A stretch of 64,000 nucleotides of DNA from Octopus vulgaris (lineage: Eukaryota): the NCBI GenBank assembly GCA_951406725.2, contig OX597815.1, positions 178,436,001 to 178,500,000 of the forward strand, written 5' to 3'. The first letter of the stretch is position 1. The number at the start of each line of letters is the position of its first letter. The translations under genes were made by a program, and so were the position numbers. A model generated the notes under the pieces. The model saw nothing but the letters and a program-made list of their open reading frames with translations, was not told the DNA's origin and did not search any database. This document shows positions 1 to 13,100 of this stretch, in pieces.

Positions 1-48
<48 letters not shown>

Positions 49-95
49 CAGACGGATAGACAGATAGATAGATAGACAGACAGACGGATAGACAC

Positions 96-174
<79 letters not shown>

Positions 175-180
175 TAGATA
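1..180. repeat. (GATA)n/(GACA)n microsatellite
   Basis: Tandem TAGA/CAGA units visible directly. Confidence 0.98.
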
Positions 181-184
181 GTTG

Positions 185-495
185 AGGAAAATGAGACAAG
201 GTAGAAAATGCTAAAATAATTTCATCGTGAAGAACATTTTAGTACCGGTTTCAGACTTTACGACTTTTTCAACTTAGAGTAAAGCATGAATAACAATTAA
301 ACTGTGGAAAAATTAAATGAAATGTTTTTTTTTATATTTCCATAGTTTTCGAATGCAAGGGACATTTTCCTTTTCTCTCTCTCTCTTTACTCTTGCGAGG
401 GCTTGGTAGCAGACAGCAGGTAGTAGCGGTCCTAATATTTGCTATGAGTCCTTGGTTTTGATTGTTTAAGCAGCAGTAGTAGCTGAGGAAGGAGG
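185..495 (-). mobile_element. Penelope-like pseudo-LTR fragment, a diverged relative of the 16128-18042 element
   Basis: GACAAGGTAGAAAATGCTAAAATAATTT...AGAACATTTTAGTACCGGTTTC...TTTTTCAACT...CATTTTCCTT aligns by eye with 16141-16312. Flanked by microsatellites. Confidence 0.7.
241..274 (-). ncRNA. Degenerate minimal hammerhead ribozyme motif (U3-A8 core variant)
   Basis: Minus strand reads ag-TTGAAAA-agtcgtaaagtct-GAAA-ccgg-TA-ct. Stem II has a mismatch and stem I is only about 2 bp. Confidence 0.45.
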
Positions 496-496
496 C

Positions 497-513
497 GTGT
501 GTGTGTGTGTGAG

Positions 514-563
<50 letters not shown>

Positions 564-591
564 TTGTGTCTCTGTGTGTGTGCCTGCGTGC

Positions 592-669
<78 letters not shown>
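497..669. repeat. Compound (TG)n/(TA)n/(TATG)n microsatellite
   Basis: Direct inspection. Confidence 0.97.
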
Positions 670-673
<4 letters not shown>

Positions 674-790
674 TATCTAGTCTATAATATCTCTGGTCAG
701 GGCTTTTCTGTTGATGTCAGCAAAAATCATAAATTATTTCCTTTCTGTATTGTGGTGCTCCTCAGAATTTTCACATTTAATTTAAATATA

Positions 791-1670
791 CGAGGTGGTA
801 CCCAAAAGTAACCGGAAACGTTCTCTGTTGGACAAACCCGTTGTAGTTCAGGTTTCTGCCACTAGACGTCACTTGATGCGACCGTCAGGCATCAGTCTGC
901 CGGCCGACGCCATCGGCTGGGGTCGTAGTGCGTCTTTGTTTTCCAGTGCTTCTCACCTGTTCGTCGAATTTTGCGATGGCTGAACCGAAGGAACAGCGTG
1001 CTTCCCTAGAATTCTGTTTTCTGCTGGGGAAAACGGCGGCCGAAACAGTTGTCATGCTTCAAACAGCTTACAAGGATTCTGCCATGAGCAAAACACAAGT
1101 TTACGAGTGGTTTATATGCTTAGGAATGGTCACTTGTTGCTTGAAGACCAATCCCGTTCAGGGCGACCGTCGACCTCTCAGTTGAATGAACACATCACGA
1201 AAATTCAGGAACTGATCTTGAAGGGCCGTCGCCGAGTAATCGACGAACCTGTTGATATGACTGGTGTATCCTGGAGTTCCTGCCGACGAATTATGAGCGA
1301 GGAATTGCGAATGAAAAGAGTTGCAGCAAAATTTGTGCTTCGCTTGTCCAGGGAAGATCAAAAGCAATCAGGATTGATTGTGTGTCATGAACTGAAAGAA
1401 CTGTTGGAAGTTGATTTTGCGGCCTGCGAGTTTTTGTTAAAGGAAGACGTTTTGAAGAAGTGGAAGAGGAGAAGGGAAAAAAACCGACGGAGACGTTAAA
1501 AGGCATCACTTCTCAAGGGCTCCAGGAGTGCTTCGAACAGTGGAAAACGCTTCTGGACCGATGCATTGTTTCAAATGGAGAATAATTTGAAGACGATAAC
1601 AGTATAAACATGTAAAACTAATTGAATAAAATAATATTGTAAAATTCCGGTTTCTTTTGGGTACCCCTCG
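791..1670 (+). mobile_element. Internally deleted mariner transposon (880 bp) with both TIRs and TA target duplication
   Basis: TIRs CGAGGTGGTACCCAAAAGTAACCGGAA / TTCCGGTTTCTTTTGGGTACCCCTCG, TA at 789-790 and 1671-1672. ATG at 976 gives MAEPKEQRASLEFCFLLGKTAAET...VYEWF, then a frameshift to RSGRPST...RVAAKFV.R.L, then a jump to C-terminal residues. Most of the DDD catalytic domain is missing. Confidence 0.93.
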
Positions 1671-1789
1671 TAGACTCACCTCCTAACATTTCCCTGGAAC
1701 TAAAATGTTACGTTTCAGATTTAAAGATGTTCATAGTGCTAGGAATATTTCTATACTCTGATCTTATTTTTATTCATTTTCTAACAATG

Positions 1790-2130
1790 ACTTAGTTATT
1801 ATCAACATTTATTGTTGCAGCATATTTCAACAAGTAACATTCGCTACATACATCAACCGAAAGTCTGAAACTCTTCCAAGAAGCGTTGTGAGAATTTATA
1901 TCACTCATGCCTCTCTCAAGAGTACTGGCAAAAGAAATCAAGCGATAAGCGATATTGCAATACATGAGCAGTTTGCTGGAAAATATTTCGAAATTACAAC
2001 AATGTAAGGAAAAGTAATTTCTTCGAGTAGGTTCTGAGGATATCGACATTGCCTAATACAATCAAACCAGCGTAATTTGTTACCAATAAAATCTATTTTC
2101 ATTAGATGTTCTTTAGTTGAAACCAACTGT
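1790..2130 (-). pseudogene. Possible degenerate hAT transposase C-terminal (dimerisation) remnant
   Basis: FASTLERGMSDINSHNASWKSFRLSVD resembles the hAT motif S..sERsFS.mn......R.RL. The match is weak and by eye only. Confidence 0.3.
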
Positions 2131-2665
2131 GTAGTCCTTCTGTCACATAATTAACTTTCCTCAGCAAGTCAGATATTTTCGTTTGTTCTAAATTCTTATA
2201 ACAGACATTTCAAAATGGAATCCTCGGTTAAATATTACTCTATCTTATGGACAAGAACTATAATTTATTAAAATTCTAGCTCTATAAGATTGGGACGGGT
2301 TGTGATTTAGGGCAGCGCTTCTACTTCTGTTTATCATCAACTGATGAACATTTCGGCGATCGTTACCAGGTTTTTCTGGCAAAGTTACCTTGTTTAGCTC
2401 TCTAAAAGTTGTCGTTGAATAATATCCTTATAATTCTTTGTTTTATGAAATGATAAGTAAATATTATTTACTGTCTGGTGGTTGTTTTGAGCAATCTAAC
2501 TGAACCTATGAGAAGGCGCGTGGCTCAGAGAGAGAGAGAGAGATCCTAAGCCCAAAACGACACTGCTGAGCCCACTTCATGAAATCCGAAGTTCCCCTCC
2601 ACATTCCTGAGTTGTTTACTGCTGGAACTTTTGGGTGTAGAATTATGGTTGCAATATGTCTTTCG

Positions 2666-3495
2666 AAGGTAGCGAGCTGGCAGAAACGTTAGCACGCCGG
2701 GCGAAATGCTTAGCTGTATTTCGTCTGCCACTGCGTTCTGAGTTCAAATTCTGCCGAGGTCGACTTTGCCTTTCATCCTTTCGGGGTTGATTAAGTAAGT
2801 ACCAGTTACGCACTGGGGTCGATATAATCGACTTAATCTGTTTGTCCTTGTGTGTCCTCTCTGTGTTTATCCCCTTGTGGGTAGTAAAGAAATAGGTATT
2901 TCGTCTGCCGTTACGTTCTGAGTTCAAATTCCGCCGAGGTCGACTTTGCCTTTCATCTTTCGGGGTCGATTAAATGAGTACCTATTTCTTTACTACCCAC
3001 AAGGAGCTAAACACAGAGAGGACAAACAAGGACAGACAAGCGGATTAAGTCGATTATATCCACCCCAGTGCGTAACTGGTACTTATTTAATCGACCCCGA
3101 AAGGTAAAGTCGATCTCGACTGTGTTTGAACTCAGAACGTAGTGGCAGACGAAATACCGCTAAGCATTTCGCCCGGTGTGCTAACGATTCTGCCAGCTCA
3201 CCGCCTTGTCGATTAAATAAGTACCAGTTACGCACTGGGGTCGATATAATCGACTTAATCTATTTGTCTGTCCTTGTTTGTCCTCTCTATGTTTAGCCCC
3301 TTGTGGGTAGTAAAGAAATAGGTATTTCGTCTGCCGTTACGTTCTGAGTTCAAATTCCACCGAGATCGACTTTGACTTTCATCCTTTCGGAGTCGATAAG
3401 TCCCAGGTGAACATTGGTGTCAATGTAATCGACTGGCCTCCCTCCTCCCCCAGGAAATTTCAGGCCTTGTGCCTATAGTAGAAAGGATTATTATT
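2666..3495 (+). mobile_element. Nested array of SINE family 1 (tRNA-derived head, Meta-like central domain): three forward units plus one inverted full-length copy at 2983-3207
   Basis: Head AAGGYRGCGAGCTGGCAGAAACGTTAGC...GAGTTCAAATTC (A/B-box-like) and core GCCTTTCATCCTTTCGGGGTCGAT..AAGTACCAGTT. Unit junctions at 2894/2895 and 3320/3321. An 18-bp near-perfect duplication (2965-2982 / 3208-3225) flanks the inverted copy. Confidence 0.92.
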
Positions 3496-3944
3496 GATGA
3501 CAAGGTGGCCAACAAGCAGATCGATAGGGTGTTGGGGAATTGCGTCGCAGTCTTTCGGATCTTTACATTCTGAGTTCAAATCCCGCTGAAGTTAACATAG
3601 CCTTTGATTCTTTCAGAGGTGATAAAATAAAGCAACCTACCTTTTTTCGGGTACAAACTACAAATATACATATATTCAGATATCGTATGATATCCCAGAT
3701 CACTCTTTAAATCTTTAGATATTGGCATGCGGTATTATAATCTTTTGCTCTTGCAAAATCTACAAATATTAAAGACAAAATGCCTTTCTTTACGAAACTT
3801 ACGAAATGCAAAAGTTAAATCAGCGACTTTCCTTCACCAATTCTAGCATATTCTTCCCTGTTTTCTAACTCTCATTTTCTTTCTTTTTCTCACTTTACTT
3901 CGCCAAATTCCTAACAGGTTTTCTTCGAAATTTCATAGTCGTTT

Positions 3945-4332
3945 AATAATAATAATAAAACATTGTGTACAGTGCTCAGGTGCACTACAACTCATCTAAA
4001 GTGTATATATAATCAGGTGTAGTTTCGGCGGATTTCGGAAAGCATGAGGGCCTTAAAGGATGCAGTATCATGGCAGTCAACAACTGACGCAGGCAGTTTA
4101 TTCCATGCTTCAGCAACTCTGAGCGTGAAAAAAATGTTTCCGAAAGTCAAGGGAGCTGTGTTGTTTTCTGACTTTATAGGCATGCCCACGTGTGTTAGAC
4201 ACATGGAGATCAAAAAGGTGTTCAGTGTTGTTGTTGGTGAGGTGGTTGATAACTTTGTGAGTGTTTACCAAGTCCGTCACCAGACGCCAGAGCTTCAGTG
4301 AATCCATGCCCAGGGAAACAAGGCGCTCAGAA
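3945..4332 (-). mobile_element. 5'-truncated CR1-clade LINE 3' end
   Basis: Two frameshifted ORFs give DL...KVI...TRGHAYKVRKQHSSLDFRKHFFTLRVAEAWNKLP, the typical CR1/L2 ORF2 C-terminus, followed by a short UTR and an (ATT)n tail. Confidence 0.88.
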
Positions 4333-5683
4333 TATCTTTTCTTTTCTTCTTTTCGTTCTTTCTAATATAATGACTTTGAAATGCCTCTCTTGCAGAACGC
4401 AACCACTGCCCTTGTTATTTGACAGTTTACATGACTAACACTATTACTGAAATGTGCTGGGCTGCCTTCGACAACACGGGTTTCATGCTGAATGACAGCC
4501 CACCGACTAGAAACTGATGCAACGAATAGATGTGGTAGCTATTGCTACTGTTGCTGTTGTTGTTGTTAAGCAACAAGACGGGTAAGGGGGATTAGGTGAT
4601 GGTCTAGGGCTTAGGGGCAGGAGACTCCAGACCTTGGAAAAAAAACTTTAGTCGTCTTGTTGTAGTCGAGGGTTCTTCGTTGACGCCCGACACGACTGGG
4701 AGGTGGCCCTCGAAGTCGCTGGAAATGGAGATCTCCAGATCCAAATTCTTGGACGGCTGCTACTGTTGCTGGTGGTGGTGGTATTGCTTGGTTCATGTAA
4801 ACTCTAACCGAGCAGAACTATAATCAAAAGACATTCCAGTTCAGAATTACATTGTTCTGTATGTCCCTCTTTTAAAGACAATGAAACATGTGAGATATGA
4901 GAGGAAAAAATATTTCTATCAGGTTGAGAAGCACTTGTATTGAAATAGAAGATGGAGAATTGTGTATTTGGAAAGTTGCCTGTTATACATTCCGTTGAAG
5001 CAAGATTTTGTTTTTTTTGTCTTTTGGGGTTTATTAAATATTTTTTTTTTCCTTTTTTAACAAATCAACACAGAGGTTTTGAATTTTTAACTCTGCACAC
5101 GAGCAACACATTCATCAATTGCACGATGTATTTTCTTCATCGTAGAGAAACAGAAACCGACTCCGATGCCCTCAGGAGAAATGTTTTTTTTATCTAAAAA
5201 CCATCGCCCGGTGTTGATAAAGCTTGAGTTTCTATCATAACATCTCGGGGAATATTCAATTGCCTGTGAAAATGGGCTCAAATAATCCAAGTCCCGTTAT
5301 TGCTTTAAGCTAACATTTATTTAAGAATATATTTTCGATTTAATCATCTATCTATTTATTAAAGTATTTGTTGTTATCAATTTATTAATCTTAAGTCTTT
5401 CTTATTGCAAAAAAAAACACATACAAACTACTATTTTACGGCAACGTTTGGAAATATGGCTTTTCTTCTCGTTTCTTTTTACAAACATTTTAATCTCTCG
5501 CTCAGATTTTCTCCTGCTTTACATCCGTCTACATGTTCTCTTATCTCCTGAGATTACAGTCTTAGAGTCGGTCGGTTTCTTGATGATCAATTTAAATTCT
5601 TATTGTGTATTCTCCTCTCATGCTTTCTCTATAAAGCAGATCTTGACCTTCAACGTTATACATCGGTTCTTTCTACTACCACA

Positions 5684-5715
5684 ACTGCTACTACTACTAC
5701 TACTACTACTACTAC

Positions 5716-5771
<56 letters not shown>

Positions 5772-5790
5772 TCACTATTACTAATACTTC
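5684..5790. repeat. (CTA)n/(TAA)n microsatellite
   Basis: Direct inspection. Confidence 0.97.
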
Positions 5791-6109
5791 TACTGGTTTA
5801 ACATTCGTTGCTATTTTACACAATACCAGAAAACATTAACACAGTAAAAAGCAGAAAGAAAGAAAGAAAGAAAGAAAGGAAGGAAGAAAGAAGGAAAGAA
5901 AGAAAGAAAGAGAAAATGTGACACAGGTAAAAGTGATAGAGGAAGAGAGGGAGAGAGGTGGGGGGCAGGATGAGGAATGGAAAGATCATTGGTTGTCTGT
6001 GAATGAAAACAGACTGATTATATATTCGTAACATGAATATTAGTCACCAGTTATAATTTCCACATGAACAACTGGAAAATATTAGAGTTGTTTAAGACTT
6101 GATCGGACG

Positions 6110-6555
<446 letters not shown>

Positions 6556-6862
6556 GAGATAATGACAAAACCAAATGTTGATACTTTGAATGCAGTGTGT
6601 ACGATTGCGTCTTTAGTCGGTACATCCATTTATCTTACGTAAGCACTCCTTGCGTATGTATTAACTGCATTCAACTTATTAACATCTGTCTCCGTAATTA
6701 TTCCGATAATACACATCTCATCTTTATAGCAACGAAGCGTGTGTCTGCTCGGATAATACGGATGTATGCAACGAGAATATAGGCGTGGAATGGTAAATTG
6801 AATATTGAGTAGAAATTTGCCGGTAAAGTATATTGTTTCAAAGCCCGCTACGGAACATATAT

Positions 6863-7404
<542 letters not shown>

Positions 7405-7929
7405 GTGAGTGAATCCAAACTTACAGGGAAAAATTAGATTTAGGATTAAATCTAATTTCACAGTATAAATATAAATTAAATTAGAGATAAAACCACTATT
7501 AGGCAAATCAAACAGTGAAAAACATAAACCAAAACATAAAAATAAAAATAATTAATATAATATATAAAATATATAAAATATAAAATTTGAAATTTAAATT
7601 ATTTAAATTTAAAATTTGTAATTTATATTTATAAATGTTTATATTTTTTTATTTTCTTATTTTTAAAATATTTTTTCAAATTTAAATTAATAAACTTTTA
7701 AACTTTAATATTTTTTTAAATATATATAACTATCAAAAAGTATTAAAAAGTTTAATATAATATATTAAACTTTTTAATACTATATATATATATATTTCCA
7801 CTCCAGCACGATGGTAGTATGTCGTTCCTACACCAATCAAGCGACATAACCAGTAAATGGTATCCGCCACTTCTTCACCTTGTGCTGCAAACTTCCTATG
7901 CCTAACCTTCTAGTCACTTCTTAGTTTAT

Positions 7930-8297
7930 CACTCTGTCATGGTGAAAACTGCTCAGAGGCCTATGCAAAGTTGCAGAAAGTGTATGGAGAGGAGTGTATG
8001 AGCCGCACACAAGTGTAAGAATGGTTCAGACATTTCCAAGATGGCCGTAAATATGTCTATATCCACGAACGTTCTGGGAGACCCTCAACCAGCAGAACTG
8101 AGAAAGACATCGCAGTTGTGGTTGCAGTTGTGAAGGGAAATCGTCGAATCACCATCCGTGAGTTATCAGAGAATGTGCAGATTAGTTACGGTTCAGTTCA
8201 GTCCATTATCACTGAAGATTTGGGTGTGTCTGCCAAAGAGACTCTTGCGTTTCAGTTTGACAAGATCTTGATTGTGTCGAGAACGATGAAAACTTAA
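7930..8297 (+). mobile_element. Mariner N-terminal (HTH) fragment, same family as 21260-22153
   Basis: Translates as SEAYAKLQKVYGEECMSRTQV*EWFRHFQDGR...RSGRPSTSRTEKDI...NRRITIRELSENVQISYGSVQSIITEDLG. Matches the reverse complement of about 21560-21930. Confidence 0.88.
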
Positions 8298-8392
8298 GGT
8301 GTTTTCGTTCACAACGACCAGTCTGGAAATCGAAACCGCGATCTTATGACCGTGAGTCGGCTGCCCTAAACACTAGTCCATTGCGCCTCCAC
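8298..8392 (-). mobile_element. SINE family 3 head fragment
   Basis: Matches 50627-50731 (GTGGAGGCGCAATGG...GGTTTCGATT). Confidence 0.8.
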
Positions 8393-8691
8393 GAACCACA
8401 GAATAATACAACGAAGAAAGCATACAAACGTCTGGAATGTCTGAGAAATGGTAAAGACTGAGTGATGGGGGATGCGTAAACAACATCAGATGGTCGATAT
8501 GGCATTTATAGAATAGATTCAAAGAGTCGAAATTAGCCAAAAGAAAGAACTTCGATTCTCGACGCGAAACGAGCGAATCTTTGGAAGTCTTACTCGGCTG
8601 TGGAGTATCAAAAACGAAAAAAAAACGAACTTCCTTAAACATCAGATAAAAATGCAAAACACTTAGCAGCGGCAACAGCAACAGATACAAC

Positions 8692-8781
<90 letters not shown>

Positions 8782-8839
8782 GGTGGTGGTGGTGGTGATG
8801 ATGGTGGTGGTGGTGGTGGTGGTGGTGGTGGTGGTGGTG

Positions 8840-8903
<64 letters not shown>
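8692..8903. repeat. Compound (AGT)n/(GGT)n/(AGT)n microsatellite
   Basis: Direct inspection. Confidence 0.98.
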
Positions 8904-8904
<1 letters not shown>

Positions 8905-9295
8905 TATCACTTCTAATGCTGCCAATTCTCTGAGTAATTATAAACATTTAATTAGTTTGTTTTCTTAACTTTGTTTTTGTCAGTGTTGTTCTTCCCGTGT
9001 AGAAATTTTTGGTGTTTTTGTTTCTTTTATATTTGCTATTGATTATTTTTCATATTGTTATTAGTATTATTGTTGTTTTAGTTGTTTTCCTTACTGTTGT
9101 TGTTATGTTGTTGTTGTTAGCTGCTACTGTTAGTCTTTTGCGTTTGTTTTCGTTATTTTTTTTTTGTTTTTAGTTTCATTAATTTGTGATACTAAGTTTG
9201 TGCCCTTGGTAGTGTGATCACCACCACCATCACCAACACCATCATCATCATCATCATCATCTTCATCATCATCATTACCATTATTATCATTATGT

Positions 9296-9514
9296 AAGGC
9301 GCTGAACTGGCAGAAACGTTAGCATACCGGACAAAATGCTTACCAGTATTTTGTCCGTCTTCATGTTCTGAGTTCAAATTCCGCCGAGGTCGACTTTGCC
9401 TTTCATCCTTTCTGTAGTTCGATAAATTAAGTACCAGTGAAACACTGCGGTCGATGTAATCGACTTAACCCCTCCCCTTAAATTTCAGGCCTTATGCCTT
9501 CAGTAGAAAGGATT
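9296..9514 (+). mobile_element. SINE family 1, single copy with the standard tail
   Basis: Same head and core as 2666. Tail CCCC..AAATTTCAGGCCTT.TGCCT..AGTAGAAAGGATT. Confidence 0.9.
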
Positions 9515-9548
9515 GTTGTTGTTGTTGTTGTTGTTGCTATTATTATTA

Positions 9549-9800
9549 TAGACGTCGCACAGTATACAATATTGCGAGGTTGTTGTTTGAAAGTATAATG
9601 TCTACCGGGAGTTTGCACCGTCTGTCAAGTCACAACAGGAACCTCAGACAAACAGTACTTTACGCAATATGCGTGCAGTTCCAAGTAATGCCGACTTTTG
9701 CAATACATCTAGATTGTAGGTACCTCTAAGGTTTTCAGATGGGTTTTTTTTCAGTTTGGCTGGTATTGAACCCAATAATCCGATGAAAGTAGGGATAACC

Positions 9801-9803
<3 letters not shown>
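9549..9803 (-). mobile_element. RLE-type LINE (Dong/R4-like) 3' end within (TAA)n
   Basis: VIPTFIGLLGSIP...LQKSALLGTARILRKVL*. Flanked on both sides by TAA repeats. Confidence 0.82.
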
Positions 9804-9895
<92 letters not shown>

Positions 9896-9899
9896 CATT

Positions 9900-10122
9900 C
9901 AGTAGTTTTATTTTTATAGCGTGCTTTCACTTCACTACCGAGCGCAGCTCTGTGTGCCTTGGGTGTGTGCTGTGATTTGTTGTGATGCTCTGATGGTTAT
10001 TGTATGGACAGTGTTCTGCGTAGGATGTGTGCAGTGCCTAGTAGTGCAATTTTCTGTATGTTATATGTGTTTGTAAGTCCTGGTGTTTTTGTTATGTGTT
10101 TGTCCGAATATTTTTTATCCTT
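9900..10122 (-). mobile_element. Second Dong/R4-like LINE 3' end (different subfamily) within (TAA)n
   Basis: KKYSDKHITKTPGLTNTYNIQKIALLGTAHILRRTLSIQ*, with a distinct 3' UTR and TAA flanks. Confidence 0.82.
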
Positions 10123-13100
10123 ATTATTATTACTACTATTATTATTATTGGTGGTGGTTGTGGTAGCGGTAGTTGGTTGGCTGAATCACTAGAGCGTCGG
10201 TAAAAACGTTTCTTCCGATTCGTAGCATTCTTGGTTCCAATCACGACCTGGTCACTTTTGCGTTTCATCCTTTCAAGATTCATAAAATAAAATACTAGCC
10301 AAGTACTGGAGTTAATTTAATCGATTAACCGCCTTCTATTCAGTTACTTAGCATGGGGGGGGGTTCCTGAAAGGATAGCAGAATATGGGATTAAAAGAAT
10401 CGGAGGGGGGCGTCTTATGTAATAATTGTGCTATTTGATTATATCGTTGTATATTGTGAAAATAAAATTTCGCTGGAGTTTCTTGTCCATCATTGTATGA
10501 ATGTAAGTTCAATGAAATTAGTACCAACAATATATTCAGGTCCAATTTTATGGACTATTCCAAGGCATGCATATTGCACAGTCTAACATATCAGCTTTTA
10601 TGAAGACACGTAGATGTGACAATTGGTAGAATTGAAGAAAAATGCCTGACAGGATTTAGTTATGTCCTGTTTTGTATTTTATTTTTGTCCCTGTGCGTTT
10701 GATGAAAAATATATTACAAATCGATTTGATCCAAATGAACGAGCGTCAATGTAATCGCACGAAATGCTAGTAATAGCAGTGAAATATCCTTCAAGTCACA
10801 GACGTCAGAAAATGCAACATTGGAAAATGGAGTCCAGGAAACGCTACGTATAAAATAATTAAGGTAATCATGGATGGGCATACGTTTGATTATAGATTGA
10901 TTTGATTAAGACTTAATGATGATTATAAAGACAATAAATCGATGAAATCGACTGCGCTTCATGTTACATGCTTGTGACCTTGTCCCTGTGTCAGAAATGA
11001 ATACTATTGGTTTCTTCTTTTTACAGTCAATTAAGTAACCCTAAGCATATGTTAGGGGTGATTAAGAGGACTATATGCCTCTCCTACAAAGTTTTTGCAT
11101 TGTATCTAAAAAGGGAAACATCATCCGCGATCGTATTGCAAAGGACTTTTCCTATTCTCTGACTACGTTCGGTTTTCTCTTTCTCTATTCAGACGTTTAA
11201 TCGAACCAGAGTTGGTTTTTAACGAAAAAAAAAGCATGGACTGGAGTCATACTATAGCAAGGGTTTTCAACTTTTAATGGAATCGCAGAAGCGCTGTCCT
11301 GACATACGGCGTGTCGTGGACATTTTGAGACCTGCTGGAGTCAATCCTACTCCAGATCATAACACAGATTATTTCTTCTACAAAGATAGAAGAGTGGTAC
11401 TTTATCAATAGACCCTCAAAGAATGACAACTAAAATTTTCCATTTGGTTCGAAAAATCATCATTATTTTCTTTTTGTATTCTTTTCGAAAAATCTTATTT
11501 GTTTTGTTTTTGTTTGTTCTTTTTTTTGTTTTTATCTTGTCTTATATTTTTTATATATTTTTCACCTTTTGGTTACTTTTACGAATTTTGCTCTTGTTTT
11601 TGTAAATGTTGATGTTGTAGCTATTTCATTGTTTCAGTCTATTTTTATTTGTATATTAGACCTTTGTTGTTCATCTGTTGTTTTGTAAATTATTATTTCA
11701 GGTATTTTTGCTACATTGTTTCATCGCTTCGCTTGTTTGCTTTTTATCCTTGTTTGTGTCATTGGTTTTATCATTGATTCCTATATTATTATTGTTGTTA
11801 GGGTGTTGTTGGTGTTGTTGCCATTGATCCTTATACCACTGTTGTTGTTGCCATTGATCCCTATATTATTGTTGCTGCTGTCGTTGTGGCATCTCAGTTA
11901 TTGATATTTCCAATCGTATATCTCATTTATTTTTCTTCGTTCTCATCGCCGCCATTTTATTGCTGTGCAAACTCATTGCATTTCTTTTTTTATTGCGCTG
12001 ATTTGTTTATTTATTTTCACAGTGGCAATTGTTGTTTGTTTTGCAGCTAATTTGCTGTTTCATTTTAATATGGACGGTTGCTATTGTTTTTATTGTTATT
12101 GATGGTTGTGATCTTGTTGTCATTGTTGTTTTTTAGCGCTGTTATATTTTTATTTTATTGTCGTTTTAAATTCATTAAATAATTATGTAAATTTGCAAGC
12201 ATTCGATATCAACTTTCAAGAGACAGAAAACATATGGTAGCAATGACATAAATATTTATATAAACGTAACTGAATTATCAATGCATATTCCCACAACTGA
12301 TTAAAATTAACATTGTCTTTACACTACTGACTCAAAGTAACATTACGTTTAACAACTCAATCAAGATGTCGGTAACTTTACATGACTAAATCAGCGTATC
12401 AGTAAATTTTCACTCCACTGCATTATTAATGAAGTGACAGAGGATTCCATCAGTTATTGCTCGTAAAGGCAAAGCTGGTGATTTCATCTTCATAGAAATT
12501 TGCCTTGCGTAAAGTTGTCAATTCCGCCGCGTAAGAACTTGAACTTCGAACACCAAACAAAAGAGAAGCTCGTTGTAGAGACTAAAAACCTCTACTTACA
12601 GCTTTGCGAACAAGCTTTCGAGTTCAAATGCATTTACCAAAGAGACAGATATTGCATAGCTCCAGAGTCTATAAATTTATTGCCTGTTCAACACGATCGA
12701 CTTATCTGTTTGGGTCTCACAGTAACGTATTTTCCAGTGAAGTAGTGCTTTGTTTTGTTTCAAATTCGCCAAATTGCATAAGTATCCATGTCCAAACAAT
12801 TATTTTAGCATTGAGAGTATGAGTAGAGATTCCTAAATCAAAACTTTAAATAGGGAAAACAAAGCTACAGGGTGAGGGTTTAATATAAATGGCGAGAACA
12901 ATAAATTTGTCATTAAACTCTCAGAATAACATTTTTTTAAATATAAGGAAATCCTGACCGAACGGAGTTTTGTAAATGTAACAAAAGAAAAAGTATTGCA
13001 AATGGGCAAAAGTAGAGCTTCACAGAAAATGGAATGTAATATGGGAAAGAAATACTCAGTGAATTGAATTCCAATGTTGACTGCGATCTAGTAATGTGAA

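Noticed and set aside
2643-2927. Recurrent short ORFs ending KDERQSRPRRNLNSER
   Set aside because: Antisense reading of SINE family 1, recurring wherever the SINE does. Not a gene family.
2666-3495. Repeat-spacer-like periodicity suggesting CRISPR
   Set aside because: Units are about 180-230-bp SINE copies without unique spacers, the context is eukaryotic, and there are no cas genes.
7405-7790. Extremely AT-rich segment with the small hairpin AAATTAGATTT..AAATCTAATTT
   Set aside because: Probably a repeat terminus, but it is single-copy here and short AT-rich palindromes are expected by chance, so it could not be classified.
12600-12832. Minus-strand segment with AG acceptor and GTAAGT donor
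   Set aside because: Stops in all three frames and no other support. It could only be non-coding and is within chance expectation.
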